From: Candidatus Fraserbacteria bacterium
GTDB lineage: Bacteria; Bipolaricaulota; Bipolaricaulia; RBG-16-55-9
Length of the DNA: 11,531 nucleotides
Assembly (NCBI GenBank): GCA_037443265.1
Contig: JBBIOR010000023.1
Span: forward strand, 9,254 to 20,784
Direction of reading: 5' to 3'
The notes under the pieces are model-generated. The model did no database searches and was not told the origin of the DNA. It was given only the letters and a program-made list of their open reading frames with translations. The number at the start of each line of letters is the position of its first letter. The stretch's first letter is position 1. Of the stretch, positions 7,130 through 11,531 are shown in pieces. The position numbers and the translations under genes are program-made.

Positions 7130-9531
7130 CGTCTCTCCTCCTTGATGGCTGATAGACTCACCGGCAAACGTGCGGGCTGCTGTGGTAATAACCAGCCCCG
7201 CAGCATGGAGATCAAAGCCGGCAGATAGATCAAGGTAGCGAGCGCGCTCAGCAGCATGATCGCCATGATGAACAGCCCGACGGTGATGTAGGGTGTAAGA
7301 CTCGCAAAGATCATGACCGAAAAACCCGCGGCGAATAAGATCGCATTGCGCAAGATGCCCTTGCCAGGACGCGCCACGGTCCAGATCAGCGCTGGCTCTA
7401 GATCGGGTTCCCCCTGATAGCGCTGCTGGAATCGCTTCACGAAGTGAATCGCGAAATCGACGGCCATCCCCAAAGAGAGCGTAGAGAGAACTGAGATGGG
7501 CATGTCGAAGTCTTTTCTTATAAAGCCAATGAACCCATAGATCAGGGCAATGGCAAAGAGCAAGGGGATGAAGCTCACCACAGCCCAGCGCCATGAGCGG
7601 AAGTTTATGGTCAATATAATGAACACAAAGATCAGAGCCAGAATGAAGCCCTCCAGCATGCCGTAGAGCACCTCATCGTTCCAGACGAGATTGAAATAGG
7701 CTACCCCTGCAGGCTGGAAGGTCACGCCGGGAAGTGGGTGGGTTTCTACGTACTGCTGTACGCGCTCGATCACGCTCCTCATGGCCCCCGCGTCCCACGT
7801 CTTGAGCTGCACCCAGATGTTTGCCTTCTGATAGGAGTAGTCGACGACGTTGTCCAGCGTGCTTGGCTTGGCTGACATGCTGAAGAGCAGCAGATACTGA
7901 GCCACCGTGGGCTGATCCTCGGGAACGCGATAATACGCCGGATCGTCTCGGTGCATGACGCGGTTGATCCACTGCACGTAATCTACGAGCGAGATCGTCT
8001 TACCCACCGCGGGTAATTCTTCGAGATCCCGCTGGAGGTCATTGAGATACTGTAGCGCTTCAGGGCTCTTCATGAAGTCGGGCTGCGCGGCCGAGGCCAC
8101 AATGTAGGCCAAGGCCGTCCCGCCCAGCTGCTCATTTAAGATGGCATCAGCCTGGCGGATGTCGCTGCCACGCTTAAACCAGCTCACCATGTTGTTGTTC
8201 ACGTTGATCTGGCTCATCCCCACGATAGAAGCGATCAGAAGCAGAAGGCTCACCCCGATAACCGTTTTGCTTTGGGCAAGGCTTTTCTCTCCCAGAAGGC
8301 GCAAAAGATGCACGACGCGATTGGTTTGCATATCTTCGTGTGCGGATACTCTGAGCAACTGCCCCTCAGGCGTGAGCATCATCACGGCGGGGATGAAACT
8401 GAAGCTCATCAGGCGCAGGACCAGGGTGCCGAAGGCCACAAAGAGCCCGAAGACCATCACCGGCTCGATCGCGCCTTTGACGGGGATGAGATGAGAAGCC
8501 TTCAGCGCGATAAACCCCACCAGCGAGAGCGTGGCAAAGCCTATGGCCGTGGCCAGCGCCGTGGAGCGCACCGGCGCCCCCACCACTCGCATCGTCTCCA
8601 GAAGGGCGGCCTTCTTGTGTCCACCCGCCTCGCGAAAGCGGAAGTAAAATTCATTGAAGATGTGTACGCTATCGGTGGCAATCGCGATCAGGAAGACTGG
8701 GATCATCGAGCTCATGATGTGCACCGGCAACCCTAAGCCGATCAGAAGCCCCATGCTCCAGATGATGCTGATCAGGGCCACCGCCATCACGGAGATGGCC
8801 CACGCGAGAGCGCGGAACATCGCGTAGAGCGTGAGCATCATGATGAGGCCCGCTAAAGGGGAGAAGAGGGCCATCTGCCAAAACATCTGGGCACCGAAGG
8901 TGTCGCGAGCGATCGGGTCCCCCGCCAGATAATATTTCTCGGGCCCGCTCTCTTTCGAGAGAAGCGCTCTGATCTGATCGGCGATCTCTTTGCCATTGGA
9001 CCCAGACTCCAGAGGAATGTAGAGGGCCGTCGTCTTCGCGTCCTTCGAGATTAGCCTTTCGAGAAAGAGTGGGTTCTCATAGAGCGTCTTTCTGAGGGCC
9101 TCTAGCTCCTGAGGGGTTTGGGGGATCTGGCTCATGAGGGGCTTGACCGTGAGGAGATCCCCTTCGGCCGTGACGTTGTCCACTGTAGTGAAGCTGGTCA
9201 CGTCTCGGGCCACGACCCCTTTGAGCTTGGAGATTTCAGTGGTAAGGCGGGCGATGCGCGCCAGGGTCTGCGGGTTGAAGATCCCCTGATCGTTGAAAAT
9301 GCCCAAGACGATCGTGTCCTTGTGGAGGGCGAACCATTGATCGACTTGGTCGTTATAGACCCGTACCTTAGAAGTAGCCGGAAGCATGTTCTTGGGGTCT
9401 GTGTCAATCTTAATCTTGGGCAGCTGTAGCAGGAAGACGGCGGTGATGACCAGAGCAATGAGGATGGTGGCTTTGGGGTAGCGGATAGAGAGCTCCGTTA
9501 AGCTGGACCAGCGGATCGTCCTGGAGCGCAT
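7126..9531 (-). CDS. MMPL-family RND transporter (copy 1), 801 aa
   Basis: Duplicated RND architecture with IAIATDSVHIF and GMAVDFAIHF TM4/TM10 motifs. First gene after the 9593-9621 promoter. Confidence 0.92.
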   Translation of the reverse strand: MRSRTIRWSSLTELSIRYPKATILIALVITAVFLLQLPKIKIDTDPKNMLPATSKVRVYNDQVDQWFALHKDTIVLGIFNDQGIFNPQTLARIARLTTEISKLKGVVARDVTSFTTVDNVTAEGDLLTVKPLMSQIPQTPQELEALRKTLYENPLFLERLISKDAKTTALYIPLESGSNGKEIADQIRALLSKESGPEKYYLAGDPIARDTFGAQMFWQMALFSPLAGLIMMLTLYAMFRALAWAISVMAVALISIIWSMGLLIGLGLPVHIMSSMIPVFLIAIATDSVHIFNEFYFRFREAGGHKKAALLETMRVVGAPVRSTALATAIGFATLSLVGFIALKASHLIPVKGAIEPVMVFGLFVAFGTLVLRLMSFSFIPAVMMLTPEGQLLRVSAHEDMQTNRVVHLLRLLGEKSLAQSKTVIGVSLLLLIASIVGMSQINVNNNMVSWFKRGSDIRQADAILNEQLGGTALAYIVASAAQPDFMKSPEALQYLNDLQRDLEELPAVGKTISLVDYVQWINRVMHRDDPAYYRVPEDQPTVAQYLLLFSMSAKPSTLDNVVDYSYQKANIWVQLKTWDAGAMRSVIERVQQYVETHPLPGVTFQPAGVAYFNLVWNDEVLYGMLEGFILALIFVFIILTINFRSWRWAVVSFIPLLFAIALIYGFIGFIRKDFDMPISVLSTLSLGMAVDFAIHFVKRFQQRYQGEPDLEPALIWTVARPGKGILRNAILFAAGFSVMIFASLTPYITVGLFIMAIMLLSALATLIYLPALISMLRGWLLPQQPARLPVSLSAIKEERR

Positions 9532-9574
9532 AGTACGATGAGCTCACACCTTGAGCGGTCCATTGAATTAAAAA

Positions 9575-9590
9575 TTTCGAGAATTCGAAA
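9575..9590. promoter_or_regulatory. palindromic operator TTTCGA-N4-TCGAAA, candidate ArsR binding site
   Basis: Perfect 6-4-6 inverted repeat in an AT-rich patch. It begins 3 bp downstream of the -10 box and so covers the expected transcription start. Confidence 0.65.
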
Positions 9591-9592
9591 CT

Positions 9593-9621
9593 AATATAGC
9601 ATAGACGGTCATCCTTGTCAA
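9593..9621 (-). promoter_or_regulatory. sigma70-type promoter of the MMPL/LolA/ArsR operon
   Basis: TTGACA (9621-9616, containing the upstream gene's TGA stop), 17-bp spacer with the extended TG, and TATATT (9598-9593). Confidence 0.8.
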
Positions 9622-11003
9622 GCCCCGCCCTCTTTGGTCCACTTGAAGATCCTAGAGGCGAGACCGATCCCCTTGAGCTCTAGCTCGATATACTCGGTGC
9701 TCTCGTCAAAGAGCGGTTTCCCATCCAGTTCGTTGGGCAGCTTCAACACGCCCGCGCGATGATGTGAGGACTCCGGGCCCGGCTCCCAGTTGAAGCCCTT
9801 CTCCACGACTCCGACGCTGGTGCGCAAGACGGCCAGCTTCGTGAGATCATACTGCATCAAGTCGACAGAGTGCGTGTCCAGCGTGATCTTGAAGCGGAGC
9901 TGATCTTTGCTCTCTTCTGGTTTCATCAGCGGGTTCATGAAGATGACCATCACGTCGATGCTAGCCCCCTTGCTCGTGCGGGTTAGATCCGCTTCCGTAA
10001 GATTCGCAGATGGAGGGGACATGCTTATCGCATGGCGATGGGCAGGGGGAGCTTCGATCAGCACGATTTGATGAATCTCTGAATTGACCTTGAGTTTTTT
10101 CACCACGCGCTTGGTGGCCGTATTCAGGATGAGAACGCTCTGATCCGCGATGCTACCCACATAGAGATATCTCCCATCGGCCGAGGCTGTGAGATGCTCC
10201 GGGCTCGTGCCCAGTTCCACTACGCTGCTGACTTGGTTCTTCTCGATGTCGATCACAGAGAGCGTGGTCGCTCCCCGATTGCCCACGTACACGTATTTCC
10301 CAGCAGCGGCCACCCCATGTGGCCCTGGGCCCACCGCTACCGTCGTGAGGACGCGCTCATTGCTCGTGTCGATGACGCTTACGCTGTTGTCGTCTTTGTT
10401 GGTGGCGTAGAGGAATCGGCCATCGGGCGTCACGGCCGCGTGGTCTGGGCTCTTTCCGACTTCCACCGTTGCCACGACTTTCAGCTGGGCCGTATCCACT
10501 ACCGAGACACTGTTGGAACCCATGTTGGTCACGTAGAGCTTGCTCTCATCTGGAGTCAAGACTGTGTAGCTGGGTGTCTTGCCGACAGGGATCTGGGCGA
10601 TCACAGTGTTCAGGCTGGGATCAATCACCGCAACGGAGTTGGTTTCGCCAACAGTCACGAAGACGTGCTTGCCGTGGGGACAGACGGTGACATGATGTGC
10701 TCTGCCTCCCACGTCAATCTTTGCGATCGTTTTGTTCGCTTGAAGATCGATCACGGAGACTTCGTTGCTGCCGTAGCTGGCGGCATAGGCGATCTTCCTA
10801 TCCGCCAGTACGCCCACCCCGTGCACGGCTGGCCCAGCCGCTGCGGCGGTCAGCTTCCCTGAACTGACATTCACGACGGCGATCTGATTGGCCGCGCCTT
10901 GAGCGATCATTAATTCAGCCTGCGGAAGAGGGCCGGGGGCCAACAGCAAGTAAACCCCCAGCAACAATGCCACAGCTATAGCAACTATCCACTTGATATC
11001 CAT
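9618..11003 (-). CDS. exported/membrane-anchored YVTN (YncE-like) beta-propeller with a C-terminal His-motif domain, 461 aa
   Basis: Start ATG 11003 behind AGGGAGG. N-terminal hydrophobic helix, then about 7 repeats such as LYVTNMGSNSVSVVD and LYATNKDDNSVSVID. The C-terminal domain has LDTHSVDL and SSHHRAG. Confidence 0.88.
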   Translation of the reverse strand: MDIKWIVAIAVALLLGVYLLLAPGPLPQAELMIAQGAANQIAVVNVSSGKLTAAAAGPAVHGVGVLADRKIAYAASYGSNEVSVIDLQANKTIAKIDVGGRAHHVTVCPHGKHVFVTVGETNSVAVIDPSLNTVIAQIPVGKTPSYTVLTPDESKLYVTNMGSNSVSVVDTAQLKVVATVEVGKSPDHAAVTPDGRFLYATNKDDNSVSVIDTSNERVLTTVAVGPGPHGVAAAGKYVYVGNRGATTLSVIDIEKNQVSSVVELGTSPEHLTASADGRYLYVGSIADQSVLILNTATKRVVKKLKVNSEIHQIVLIEAPPAHRHAISMSPPSANLTEADLTRTSKGASIDVMVIFMNPLMKPEESKDQLRFKITLDTHSVDLMQYDLTKLAVLRTSVGVVEKGFNWEPGPESSHHRAGVLKLPNELDGKPLFDESTEYIELELKGIGLASRIFKWTKEGGA

Positions 11004-11053
11004 CGAATATCGTCCTCCCTTTCTTTGCTCTGGATGACGGCAATCTCCCAAAT

Positions 11054-11119
11054 GAGCAGCCGCTCGACAGGCTGCCCCTGGATCAGATGTTGAGCCATGA
11101 TTTCTGTGACCTCAGGGTG
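11054..11119 (-). pseudogene. remnant resembling the C-terminus of a thioredoxin-like [2Fe-2S] ferredoxin
   Basis: HPEVTEIMAQHLIQGQPVERLL resembles the family C-terminal pattern (..EDVxEIVxxHLxxGxPVERL). No Cys ligands remain upstream in this frame. Confidence 0.5.
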
Positions 11120-11490
11120 CTCCGCCCAGGACCGCGGACTTGAGATTCTGCTTGAGTCTGCTTCAATCCAGCTTGCTGCTGTCTCGCGCCGTAGGAGCGC
11201 TTTTCTGGCAGAAGCTCGTAGACCACCGCGGAGAGAAACACCATCATCACTCCCAAGATAAAGATGACAGGGGGCCAGGTCAGGATTTCTACCACTTTGA
11301 GCAGCCACGCCAAGAAGGCGTACTCCTGTACGGAGATGAGGGTGGGGGAGACGAGGACCACCCGCGGGTTGCTGTAAACAACGCTGCTCGGCGGGAAGCC
11401 CCAGGGCGCCGCCAGGAAGAAGTAGCTCACGACCATGAGGGAAAACCCAATGATAAGCATCGCGAGAGTCTTTCCCCTGCGCATTAGCAT
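11083..11490 (-). CDS. small membrane protein (2-3 TM), function unknown
   Basis: SD GAGGAGGTG 7 nt before ATG 11490. Hydrophobic segments flank APWG..SNPR and end in AVVYELLP. The polar tail may be a read-through extension. Confidence 0.75.
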   Translation of the reverse strand: MLMRRGKTLAMLIIGFSLMVVSYFFLAAPWGFPPSSVVYSNPRVVLVSPTLISVQEYAFLAWLLKVVEILTWPPVIFILGVMMVFLSAVVYELLPEKRSYGARQQQAGLKQTQAESQVRGPGRSTLRSQKSWLNI

Positions 11491-11531
11491 TAGTGCTCAC
11501 CTCCTCTTTCAGGAATGGGCATGATGGGGAA
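11490..11531 (-). CDS. probable 3' end of an upstream gene (frame uncertain)
   Basis: One frame reads ..PIMPIPERGGEH* with a TAATG overlap onto ATG 11490. Another reads ..SHHAHS* (TGA 11511-11509). Too short to decide. Confidence 0.3.
   Translation of the reverse strand, partial: FPIMPIPERGGEH

Noticed and set aside
7130..7594. 155-aa N-terminal extension of the LolA-like ORF given in the track
   Set aside because: It overlaps MMPL-1 out of frame. The strong SD, ATGA coupling and signal peptide point to ATG 7129.
10194..10862. 222-aa plus-strand ORF (and the other plus-strand ORFs across the window)
   Set aside because: Antisense shadows of well-supported minus-strand genes in GC-rich DNA, with no recognisable motifs.
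10985..11500. 171-aa minus-strand ORF as an intact gene
   Set aside because: It overlaps the better-supported 11083-11490 gene, whose ATG is properly spaced from the SD. Only a 22-residue piece looks protein-like and is reported as a remnant.
1..11531. CRISPR arrays, tRNA/rRNA genes, IS elements or integrases
   Set aside because: No regularly spaced direct repeats, RNA gene signatures or transposase/recombinase motifs were seen. The only repeats are protein-level YVTN blades and RND internal duplications.

Overview
GC-rich bacterial window; every supportable gene is on the minus strand. In transcription order (high to low coordinates) it holds a small membrane protein and a short remnant resembling a thioredoxin-like [2Fe-2S] ferredoxin C-terminus. 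Next is an exported His-lined YVTN beta-propeller fused to a THSVDL/SHHR domain. A strong sigma70 promoter with a palindromic operator then precedes MMPL(RND)-1, LolA-like protein 1, a two-Cys ArsR regulator, an exported hypothetical protein, MMPL-2 and LolA-like protein 2. These are followed by a Met/Gly-rich membrane protein and a ferritin-like/VIT1 metal transporter. The most interesting element is at the left end. A near-consensus promoter (549-521) drives a 73-aa leader peptide with a signal-like N-terminus, C26-H27-x4-C32 and a C-terminal EHPP. Its last codons form the 5' arm of a 17-bp RNA stem burying the Shine-Dalgarno and ATG of a Tat-signal gene absent from the ORF track. This looks like a CutF/CruR-type ribosome-stalling metal sensor with non-canonical motifs. 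The Tat gene carries an in-frame TGA inside its signal peptide. Family calls come from motif recognition only; no searches were run.
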